Shown: piece after piece, positions 1 through 10,500 of the stretch
Layout of the letters: every line of letters starts with the position of its first letter
Numbering within the stretch: the stretch's first letter is position 1
Translations under genes and position numbers: made by a program
NCBI GenBank assembly: GCA_965644295.1
Contig: CBFFRP010000335.1
Coordinates: 1 to 64,000 of the forward strand
Reading direction: 5' to 3'
DNA from: Paraphysomonas bandaiensis
Lineage: Eukaryota; Protista; Chrysophyceae
DNA: 64,000 nt
The notes under the pieces: model-generated
What the model was told of the DNA's origin: nothing
The model's database searches: none
Seen by the model: the letters and a program-made list of their open reading frames with translations, nothing else

Positions 1-2
1 CA

Positions 3-3000
3 GTTGATTTTACTGGACCATTTTCACCTCCAGCAATAGTCACAGGAAACACCGTAGTCTTTGGAGCTACCGATGCAGCTTCAAGATACAGTTGGACATT
101 CTATGGAAAACACAGAACCGAGGATTTTGTCATTGAGTGCATTCAGAAAATTGTGGATTATCTGCATTCGAAAGGCAAACGGCTAATACACTATCATGCT
201 GATGGTGGCCGTGAGCTAGTATCACATCGTGTACTGAACTTGCTGAGAAAATTAGGATCAACCTGGACCTTCAACGCTCCGTACACGCCAGAAGACAACC
301 CCATACAAGAACGACCATGGCGCACGACCAAGGAAAGAACGCTTGCATCCATTTGCAACTCGGGCCTACCACCCAACTTCTGGGAACAGGCTATGTCCAC
401 CGTCACGCATATGAAAAATCGCCTGCCATGCGCCACTGCAAAGGGATTCATTTCACCGTATCAGTTCATCCACGACGAGGCCCCCGATTTATCTTACGCC
501 AGGATTTGGGGCTGCAAATGCCATACATTCATAGACAAGTCTCAGAGAAGAAACGATTGGTCTCCACATAGCCATATTGGGTACTTCATGGGATACCGAG
601 AAGATGGACCAGGGTACGTCATATATGTACCTTCACTCAAGGACTTCGTAATCTCAAGTCACGTCTTTTTCAATGAGTGCATCCCCGACGTCAAGGAAAA
701 CTACTACGCTGAAATCGAATCATCACTGAGAGAAGAAAATTCAGAGAATCGAACAACCGAGAGCTTCCAATACCTCGTTGGAATGACCCACACAGATCCA
801 CAGGATGGCCTCCAATACATCACGACAAGAATCACAGTCATCAAAGGCCACGTGGCTGCTTACAGAGGATTGGCCCCACGAGAAAATGAAGGGCGAGTCA
901 TCGAGTTAAATGACCCAATACACGCTGCGGACATCGAAAGATACACCGCCGAGCACTTCAGTTATCAGAACGCGGTATCACCCCCGCAAGAGGAACCAGG
1001 ATGCCCCGTGGAAGGAACAGCTCCAGGGAGGAGCAGTTCAACCGACAGCCGTCATGACGCCACACGGGGCGGGAGTCACAGCCATTTGAGAGGACCCTAC
1101 TCAAATGAAAAGGAGGCAAGGCCTCGCCGCACAGCAGAAGCTCAGCGGAATACAGTGCCGAAGGAGGCACGGGGTGACAACAAGCGTGATCACCCTGCTC
1201 GTAAGGTCAAACGAGCTATCAAGACTGTGAATTCCCAGGGTGACAGGAGCCGGCAAAGCCCGGATGGCACAATTACGGGTGTAAGGACACCCCACCGACA
1301 CAAGGTGAGCCGTTGCGTAAAGAAAAGTCTCCACAGCAAGAGGCAGACCAGGAAAAGGGTAATCATGAATGTACACAAATTCGGTGATAATATATACCAC
1401 TGTGATGTTGATAAAAGATATTTGTACAACCACAAAACACCTGATAAACATGATAGTTACAGAACATTATACATGAATGATGTTGACATCATTATGCATG
1501 CAAATGACGCATGTAGCAATGATGTACCTAACACACCTAACAATGTTGGCGAGGCACTATCAGGCAGGTACAAGGAACAATGGCTGAAAGCCATCAACAA
1601 AGAAATCAAGTCTCTAGAGAGCAAAGGCTGTTGGAGGATAACGACACCACCAGCAAATTCCAACATTATAAGGGGAAAATTCGTGTTTAGGGTAAAGGTC
1701 AAGCGAGATGAGGTTACCTTCAAGGCGAGGTTAGTGGCTCAAGGTTTCTCCCAGGTCGAGGGTAAAGACTACAACGAAACCTACAGCCCAGTCGCAAAGG
1801 CCACATCAATGAGAACAGTCATAGCACTAGCAACTATACTTGGGTTGGAGCTTCACCAGGTAGATTTCTCCACTGCTTACATCAATGCAGACCTCCAAGA
1901 GGAAATTTACATGTATCCACCCGCTGGTCTCAATGTTCCAAACGGTAAAGTCCTCAGACTTCTAAAGAGTATATACGGACTCAAACAGTCCGGGTTAAAT
2001 TGGTATAAATGTTGTACTAATTATTTGTTAGACTGTGGTTTTACCAGATTAGTGTCCGACCCGTGCATATTCACGAAATCAATCAATGGTCGACCCATAA
2101 TTCTGGCAGTTTACGTCGATGACATCATTATCGCCGGTAAAAGTAGGACTGACATCATCCAAATCAAGAATTCGTTAGCTGAAAAATTCGACATTCATGA
2201 TCTCGGCCTCCTAGATTACTACCTCGGCATATTCGTCAAACAGGATATACAGAATCGAACTACGACACTAAATCAATCTCAATACATACGGAACCTACTC
2301 CACAGATTCAACATGGAAGATTGCAAGCCACGTAGTCACCCCATGACAACAAATTTTCATATAGACATTCTCGAAAAGAAACAACTATCTCAAGAAAATC
2401 AAGAATTTGTCCAAAATTTTCCTTACAAGGAGCTCATAGGTTCACTTATGTATATTGCTGTGTGCACTAGACCTGATATTGCATATGCTGTAAACACCCT
2501 TGCTCGTTTCAGTACTAATCCAAATCTAACTACATGCAAAGCCGCATTAAACATACTCAGGTACCTCAAAGGCACTATCGATCAAGGTCTACAGTACTCC
2601 GGGAAGTCTGTTACTTTAACTGGATTCGCTGACAGTGATTGGGCACGCTGTAACTTAACTCGCAGGTCGACCACAGCGTTTTGCTTCTTTATTGGAAATT
2701 GTCTCATTTCCTGGCAATCACGACTCCAGACCACTGTAGCTCTATCCTCTACAGAAGCGGAGTACATGGCACTATCAACAGCATGTCAAGAAGCTATTTG
2801 GCTACGGTCACTACTCTCGGAATTGGGCTTCCACATGCCATACTCAACAACCATATGGTGTGACAACAAAGGTGCAATTCAACTATGCCTAAACCCCGTA
2901 CACCACCGACGAACAAAACATATTGCCATCAGATATCACTTCATAAGAGAACAAGTCGCATCGCACTCTATTATTGTTGATTACATGCCTACAAACGAGA

Positions 3001-3167
3001 TGCTGGCCGACATTCTAACTAAACCCCTCACATCAAACACGTTCCACAGATTGCGGGATTCACTAATGGGGGGGGGAGGTATCAACATACCTGCTAGCAA
3101 TAAAAGAACAAAAGTATCTATCCCACCGGCAGAGAACTCAACCAAGAGACCACGATGGATGACTTAG
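3..3167 (+). CDS. pol: copia Pol polyprotein (integrase, reverse transcriptase, RNase H), open from the window edge
   Basis: Frame is open from nt 3 (VDFTGPF...). Integrase D..D(35)E: VD / HADGGRE / IQER. FMGY..GPGY motif; RT KARLVAQGF, LLKSIYGLKQS, YVDD; RNase H DSDWA, STEAEY, CDN, RTKHI, ADILTK. No stops. Confidence 0.97.
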   Translation, partial: VDFTGPFSPPAIVTGNTVVFGATDAASRYSWTFYGKHRTEDFVIECIQKIVDYLHSKGKRLIHYHADGGRELVSHRVLNLLRKLGSTWTFNAPYTPEDNPIQERPWRTTKERTLASICNSGLPPNFWEQAMSTVTHMKNRLPCATAKGFISPYQFIHDEAPDLSYARIWGCKCHTFIDKSQRRNDWSPHSHIGYFMGYREDGPGYVIYVPSLKDFVISSHVFFNECIPDVKENYYAEIESSLREENSENRTTESFQYLVGMTHTDPQDGLQYITTRITVIKGHVAAYRGLAPRENEGRVIELNDPIHAADIERYTAEHFSYQNAVSPPQEEPGCPVEGTAPGRSSSTDSRHDATRGGSHSHLRGPYSNEKEARPRRTAEAQRNTVPKEARGDNKRDHPARKVKRAIKTVNSQGDRSRQSPDGTITGVRTPHRHKVSRCVKKSLHSKRQTRKRVIMNVHKFGDNIYHCDVDKRYLYNHKTPDKHDSYRTLYMNDVDIIMHANDACSNDVPNTPNNVGEALSGRYKEQWLKAINKEIKSLESKGCWRITTPPANSNIIRGKFVFRVKVKRDEVTFKARLVAQGFSQVEGKDYNETYSPVAKATSMRTVIALATILGLELHQVDFSTAYINADLQEEIYMYPPAGLNVPNGKVLRLLKSIYGLKQSGLNWYKCCTNYLLDCGFTRLVSDPCIFTKSINGRPIILAVYVDDIIIAGKSRTDIIQIKNSLAEKFDIHDLGLLDYYLGIFVKQDIQNRTTTLNQSQYIRNLLHRFNMEDCKPRSHPMTTNFHIDILEKKQLSQENQEFVQNFPYKELIGSLMYIAVCTRPDIAYAVNTLARFSTNPNLTTCKAALNILRYLKGTIDQGLQYSGKSVTLTGFADSDWARCNLTRRSTTAFCFFIGNCLISWQSRLQTTVALSSTEAEYMALSTACQEAIWLRSLLSELGFHMPYSTTIWCDNKGAIQLCLNPVHHRRTKHIAIRYHFIREQVASHSIIVDYMPTNEMLADILTKPLTSNTFHRLRDSLMGGGGINIPASNKRTKVSIPPAENSTKRPRWMT

Positions 3168-3332
3168 AGATCTACGGAGTTTCCCACGAGTATGCTGTAT
3201 GTTGACATCAGTGTAATCCACAATCTGTGATTGCACTCGTGGGTTTTACCCTCAGTAGAACTATCTCCAAATATATACACCTATATCCATATATCTATGT
3301 ATACGCCATATGATTATTTCATTGAGGGGGAG

Positions 3333-3540
3333 TATTAGGAGTCATTGATTCACGTATATCTCTTAACGCGTGAATACAACACACATATACAATGAAATAC
3401 CAAATAGACTGAATAATTACCAAACTATACATGATACGCGACTGTACAAGATACGCACATGTGTGTGGTGCTAACGCTCTGCTCAAACGTGTCTTGCTAT
3501 TATACTATTAGGCCTTATCGTTCAATCTTTATCTCTAATA
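3333..3540 (+). repeat. Candidate 3' LTR of the copia element (TATTAG...CTAATA termini)
   Basis: Starts immediately after the PPT and has 6-bp inverted termini. The right boundary is inferred only from the inverted terminus. Confidence 0.65.
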
Positions 3541-3592
3541 ATATCAAGTATATTCTTACTAAATATTAAGACTAACCTTAAATCTTATTTGT

Positions 3593-4660
3593 CAGGACTG
3601 CGATTAATTGAGATATATTATTCAACCTAGTCTATTTGGTTGAATTTCCTAGTCATACTATTTTCGGTGTAAAAACCTAGTCAAAGCAATGAATGACTCA
3701 ACCTAGCCAATTGTAGTATTAAACCTAGTCATGAATTGTACTCACGTATAGCTACGCATTACAGAAGCATGAGGTCATAGCAGGTGACGTAGAACCAATG
3801 CAACATACAAAAATGAAAAATTCTTTGCTGGCAGTGTCGGTTTTCTGATGCTCCTGATCACATCCTGGCTCATCCGAAGATTGTGCGGTTTGATGCCCAT
3901 GAAATGAAGATTGCTATGGAGCTACACCGGACTTGTTCATCAGAAACAGCCCAATTTTCATTCGACTATGACGACGAAGTGTGAGGCATATATCATTTGA
4001 ATTTTTGAATTTTTGAATTTATGGCTACAGTATGCTCCCCTGTTTGACTAGGTGAATACCCACTTCCACCTAGTAGACCTAGTCATTTGTAATGATAAAA
4101 ATTTAACTATTTAATGACTAGATTTTTCTACCTTTTGACTAGGTTTTTACATCAATTTTGGTGTGACTAGGAAATTCCACTAAATTGACTAGGTCGAAAA
4201 ATAGATCCCCAATTAATTTAATTGTAATTAAATTGCGTAGAATATACGAAATAAGAGCAATTTAATTGTTCGCTGGAAGGTTGTAATTAATTAGCAATTA
4301 TTTACTATTTAATATAAGAATATATTAGAATTAGAACTTGGAAAATGCTGTTGTGAAAGTTCAAAGAGGATTAAGTGACACTCTCACTCGACCTCAGAAG
4401 GTGCAGCTCAAAAGTTTTCTGTTGGACAGAACTGGTGCTGACGAGAAAAAAGAAGATGATAGTGTCGACTCACTGAGAACTTACGAGAAGACACCAAAAA
4501 CAAAAGCAACTATACGCTATACGCACGACCAAACCAACTACGTACCGCTGCTTGAATCATATTTACTCCGCTACTAACTGTGTAGAAATGCTTTTCAGTA
4601 GAGAAATAGTCAACATGAGCAATCTGCGCAAATCCATAGCACCCCATCGATTACAGAATA
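3593..4660 (+). mobile_element. Degenerate hAT transposon (CAGG..CTG terminus plus transposase C-terminal remnant)
   Basis: Terminus caggactg..aattaatt resembles those at 35497/36834. 4338-4660 translates ENAVVKVQRG.. and, after a frameshift, HIYSATNCVEMLFSRE..MSNLRKS (hAT dimerisation motif). Homologous to 54966-55230. Confidence 0.8.
3610..4209. mobile_element. MULE/Mutator-type MITE nested in the hAT terminus
   Basis: ~80-bp imperfect TIRs (3610-3686 vs 4133-4209) starting GAGAT/GGGAT, with repeated CCTAGTC subterminal motifs. 9-bp TSD cgattaatt (3601-3609) / caattaatt (4210-4218). Confidence 0.85.
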
Positions 4661-4940
4661 GTGTAGTTGCAAATCAAAGGGTGCACTAAATAATTTGCTA
4701 ATATGATGAGCACCAATATATGATATGTAATATGGTCGGTGCACTTCACTTGGTCGTTCTAAAAGTTGTCACATAAATTCAAATCATCACTCAATAGCTG
4801 TCAACATAGCAATAATGCAGTTTCATTATTCGATACTTTAGAAATATGACGGTTATGATACTTTCCAAATATGCATAATGCCGATCGAAGTTCGAGTAAA
4901 CCTGTCCATAACTATTATACTTCATAGCTGTATGCTACAG

Positions 4941-6768
4941 CTACTGTATAACACACCCACTACGCTTCGACGGTTCAGTATTTTTCTTATCTTGCTGCTC
5001 CTCATGGAGTGGTAAAGTGGCTTCGACGTCTGACACACTTAGACCTGCACAGCCTCCAGATTCTGTAGCAGAGGCAAACAGAGATGATCCCCCCGATATA
5101 AATCGCAGCGCTTCACTACTATTTGTACTGGCACTACTCACCAATGTGTTATAAAACCGCTGAAACTCATCATAATCAATACTCATATCACGGTTGACGT
5201 CCATTGCTTTGAAAGCCTCTTCAGCCGCTGTACGGGCGATTCCAGTAAAGTCTCTTCCGTCGTGAATCATACATGCAACCATCCACATGAACTCATCACT
5301 TGACAATTGTCCATCGTTGTTGATATCGAAAAGGTTAAAGTAAAGTCTGGCAGGCTCTGAATCTCCTACATTAGTATGCCTCATAGTCAAAATCGTGAGA
5401 AGAAACTCCTTTAGATCCACAACACCATCACCATTGATGTCGAACAAACCGAAGAACGACCGCACATCCGGAATATCGACCCTTGCATCTGCTACAATCT
5501 TAGAAAATATATCGTAGTCAATACCTTTTGTGTCAATGCTTAGAGTTGCGCTGTCACAATCCTTACTTTCCACAATATGAAACACACTTTTAACAAATCG
5601 TTTCTTCATTTCTACAAGCTGTTCATCCATCGAACCATATGACATGATCTGCGGAGCTTCCTGTAACAGATGCTGACTTTTCCGCTTAATATCATAGTCA
5701 AGAAAGGCATGTTGCAAAGTACCATAGCACGCTAAGTTCTTTATGCCTCTGTGATATTCTGGCGTAAAAGGTATCGACGATGGTTCTTCGGTCATCCAAG
5801 GGTGCTCAAATACTTCCTCGATAGTAATCCTTTCCGTGGGGTCAACAGTCAGCATTCTTTTCACAAGATCTAGTGCCTTACGGGGAGCCACTTGATATAG
5901 CTCCGATGTTGTGTTGAATCGACCACTTATTCCCGCCTTCACGTCATCGAATGGAGGTCGACCGACGAGCATGATATACAACACCACTCCGCTCTGCCAT
6001 ATGTCAGTCTGAAAACTATACTCCCGCCGGAGTAGGGATTCCGGTGCATGATAACCGGGCGTACCAGCTACATGTGTATCCACATACATGTCACTCTCCC
6101 CGACCCTCACCATCATTCCGAGGTCAACTATCTTTAGGTCAGATGAGGCATCTCGTGATACAAGCATTACATTATCGCATTTCAGGTCCCGATGAATCAA
6201 CCGACGACTGTGTATATCTCGTAGCGCCGTCATGTAGCTTTTAAACAACGCGACCAAATACTTTTCAGATATGTCACGCTGAGTAATAATTCGGTAGAGC
6301 AGACTGTCTCCAACTAAGGCTTCCATTACGATTACAGGATAGCGGTACTCGCGGTTGAAATGCATCTTACGCTTATAAACATCACACACTGCGAGATATA
6401 CGTCAGTTCATTCACTACACATACACTGGTACACGTACATATGCCTTCATCCGTATCATCAAATATCCCCAACATTTCAGCAACACCCGTCACACCTTCG
6501 AGAGCTTTGTTAATCCATATTTCATATTCAATATCTTCTTTAATTGGCTCGTGACGTTCATATCCAAAAAATTTCATCTGCATAGCAATCATTAAAATGC
6601 CATAGTAGCTTGAGGACACCTTTCACTCACAGCAACAGCACCTCCATCGGACTTACGATGTGCCAGAAATACAGTGCCATAGCCACCTTTACCGAGACGC
6701 CGATCTAAAGTAAAATCTGCGAAGGAGAGCTGCGGGACAGTTTTTCTATTTCGTTCAAACAAACTCAT
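4941..6768 (-). CDS. Ca2+-regulated Ser/Thr kinase with three EF-hands (CCaMK/CDPK-like) and C-terminal CaaX; 3 exons
   Basis: GKGGYGTV in exon 1; HRDLKCDN, DLG, GTPGYHAPE. EF loops DINGDGVVDLKE, DINNDGQLSSDE, DVNRDMSIDYDE. Two ~50-bp GT-AG introns. Ends CVIQ*. Confidence 0.9.
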
Positions 6769-7513
6769 CTTCGTATATCACGAAACAGAACCTGCTCACT
6801 GTGGAGTCATCATGCAGACAAAAGTGTTCGTGTTTTGCGTTTGACTGAAGCAGTATCTTAACTGTTCAGCACTTCCGTATCATTGTGTGTTCAACAATAC
6901 GTCCATAGTTCTTGTTCATACATACTCCATAGCATACAGCTGTATGCGTATGTGCCGTATGCTGGCTGTATCTTGCTCTTGTCCTCTCCTGGAACGGAAA
7001 CAAAAACATGTGATACATTTTTTTGAATATTGATAAAATACTGCTGCAGGAATATCCGGCACTAGAGTACTGTATATAGTATATAGGTAGGTCTATACAG
7101 TAGTACAAGACTACGTAACATGATAGATGGCGATGTACTGTAGAGCTACTGTATATATTCGTACAAGTGGAGCTGTAGGACCTCCATAGAGTACCAGAGC
7201 TGTGCATCCCGCCCAGAAGCACAACTAGAACCAAAGAGATCCAAACCACAAATTAATGCGATCCACAACAAGCGCAATCGGCACTGCTTAACCACCGCCA
7301 GAGGAAGCATAGCTTGGTTTGAATGGACTGCATTGTTATTTACATATAAGCTGCCCTTTTGTTGTGATACGGTTTTGCTCGCATCAGCTGCATCCTGTTG
7401 CCGTTGACTTGGACTATTTCATACTGCGCCGCTCCAATTTGCCTGTAGGTGAGTTAATTCAATAGCTGCAGTACATTGTCTGCTCCGCATAGAGCCGAAG
7501 TAGCGCATTTAAG

Positions 7514-10500
7514 ATGGACAATTACATCGTGTTGGAGCATATTGGAGAGGGGTCTTTCGGAAAAGTGTATAAGGCTCGTCGAAAAAACACAGGATTCACT
7601 GTAGCTATGAAGTTTATATCTAAACACGGCAAAAGTGATAAAGACGTTCGCAACTTAAGACAAGAAATTGGAATATTGCGAAAGTTAAATCATGACAATA
7701 TAATATTGATGTTCGATGCTTTTGAAACTGACAGAGATTTTTGTGTGGTCACAGAATATGGTCAAGGCGAATTATTTGACATACTACAGGTATGTGTGTT
7801 CGTATTTACATGGACACATGAAGTGACATGTACTTCACAAGGACGACCAAAGCCTCCCGGAAGCCACTGTACAGAAGATTGCAAAACAGTTGGTTCGTGC
7901 ATTGTACTATCTCCATTCCAACCGTATCATTCATAGAGGTACATGTGCATTCCAATCCCAATTGTGTGTTTGTGAATTAATGTGAGGTACATTTAGATAT
8001 GAAGCCACAGAATGTATTAATTGGATCAAATGGAACATTAAAATTGTGTGATTTTGGCTTTGCACGAGCAATGTCTTCGAACACTCTGGTTTTAACGTCA
8101 ATTAAAGGGACTCCGCTTTATATGTCCCCAGAATTGGTCAAGGAGCAGCCTTATGATGCCACATCAGACTTATGGTCACTGGGAGTAATTCTTTACGAGT
8201 TATACGTGGGCCAACCTCCATTCTACACAAACAGCATTTATTCCCTCATCAACCATATTGTGAAAGACCCAGTAAAATATCCTTCCAGTATTAGCCGTGA
8301 TTTCAAATCGTTTTTGTATGGACTACTGCAGAAGAATCCATCCAAGCGACTAACATGGCCGTATCTTCTTCAGCATCCTTTTGTCCAAATAGCAAGTGAC
8401 TCTGGTGCAGGCCTTGTGAGAGAGGAAGAAATTGCGAAGCGCGCATGCTACGGAGGTCTGGGTGGACCCCGTGAGCGTCTGGAAGTAATAATGCAGTCGG
8501 ACTCCAACGTCCTCTTCGGCACACAAGCCATTCCATCTACCGGTGTGAAGCGAAACGATGGAGTGACTCTACCCCATGAAGCTTCTGTGCGGCAACGGCA
8601 GGCCATGGCTAGACGCAGAGCTGAGGAACGAAGAGAACGGAAGGAGAGAGAACGCAGAGAGAAGGAGGAAAAGGCACGTGCAGCAGAGAGGGAAAGGCGT
8701 AGAGCAACCGAAGAGGCTGCAGAAAAACAAAGAGAGGTACTAAGAAGGCAAAGAGAAATGGAAGCTCAGATTGAAAGGGAGCGTGCTGAACGGAGCAGAC
8801 GAGACGCCGAAGAAGCAGAACGAGAAGCGCGAAAAGCCAAAATACTCAAAGATGAACAGTTGCAGGAAATAGAGGAGAGTAAACAAGAAGAAGTAAAAAA
8901 TGATATCGAGTCAGCTGTAGCAACAGAGATGATTCGTGAAAGACAAGTCATTGTGGAGGAGAGTATCATGGAGGATTCCACAGTTAGAGGAACTCTACTG
9001 GCGCTAGGCCGAGATGTATCATTCGCTCACTCTGTTTCAGAAGAGTTTGACCTAAATAATGCATCTGCTGATGGCCAACAGGAAGCCGGACAAGCACTTG
9101 TTGTTCCAGAGGATGCTGTGCTAGGTGGGATAGCTGTGCTTGCCGAAACGCCAATGTCTGCTGCTAGTGGGTTTTCTGATGCGTACTCAGAAGAGTTTGA
9201 AGAGGACGAATTGATGTCTCCCACAAGCTTACCACACCCTGGGACTGCTCAGCCGTTCGAAAAAGCTGTAACTAGTTATTCCCAGAAAGAAAGTATTTGC
9301 GCAAGCAGAAGCTCAAGTAGCAGTAATATTGATGACAGGGATGTGGTGGGAGCATCCATGCGAGATGGCGAAGCTGATGTGAGCGAAATGGACTCGTTTA
9401 GGGAAGCATATGGTGATTTGTCTCTGTATTGGTACACTGTACACGGCGAGTTTGGCCTTGGATCGGATTCCTCCACAGTAGTAGCTCCAACAAACGTCAT
9501 TATTAACGCCGCATCTTCGAAGGCGTTCCACGAACAGCTCAATGTCATTGTGAGCGTGACGATTGAAGGAATTGAAGGCGCTGATGGGAGGTTATCCCGT
9601 GTGCCTGAGTCCAGTGAGTTAGAGCTGCCCCTTGTACTTCGGCGATTACTAGGGATAACTCTGTTGGCTGTGCAGTGTGCTTCTTTGTCAGCTGGGACTG
9701 CTGTGCGCTTGCTTAGGGGGGCCGAGTCTAGGGTTCAAGAAGGGGGATCTTGTGACGTACAGTATCTGAAATCAGATAAAGGAATACAAAATGCTCTTAG
9801 CACCAGTGTTTTTCTCTGTCGCGTTCTCCCTTCCATGGTAGATATGTCATCGAAACTAGTTAAACTGCTGCAATACTGTTTGAATTCCTGCTCCTCAGAC
9901 GCTTATTGCGAGAAAGATTTCTCCACAGCGGTCTCTGTCTTGTCTGATATGTGTATTCTGATGGGGCATGTAGTTGCTTTGCCAAGCCATGCTCGTCTTT
10001 TTGCTGGTGTTCCGGATGCAGATTCATCTCATTCATCACCTATGAAAGAAATAACATTTCCCGTACAAGTGTCGGATCGATGGTGTCTAGTGTCCGTCCT
10101 CAGTGATATGCTTCAGTCTGTGGCAGTGGATCCTTCCAGAGCCCTACAGCGACAAAGTCTTCGCACTCTGGGCGCTGTGATTTCTTCGTCGCCGCCCGAG
10201 ATGTACAGCATGTTGTTTGCTCAACAACTCCCGTCTGTGCTTTGTGAGTGCCTGGAAATTGAAGACGATACTGTGGGCGTAACTTATGGTGGCACGACTG
10301 CGCCTGCTGTGTACAAAGAGGGGAGTGGGCCAATCGTTCTTTCACTTGCATACTGTGTTCACACACTAGCACTGTTACTTCACACTGTAAATCCGGCTTG
10401 GGGCACCATCCCTTTTGCCTTGGAATTGATATTAGCTCCGGGGTCTGTCTGCAGCGCTGGCTCACGCAATGATAGTGTGGGGGATGACAGCACAGTGTAT

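Larger units (their letters stand above)
1..3540 (+). mobile_element. Ty1/copia LTR retrotransposon, 3' part (pol, PPT, 3' LTR); 5' part lies outside the window
   Basis: Domain order IN-RT-RNaseH (copia order). Polypurine tract GAGGGGGAG ends at 3332 and is directly followed by a candidate LTR. Confidence 0.95.
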
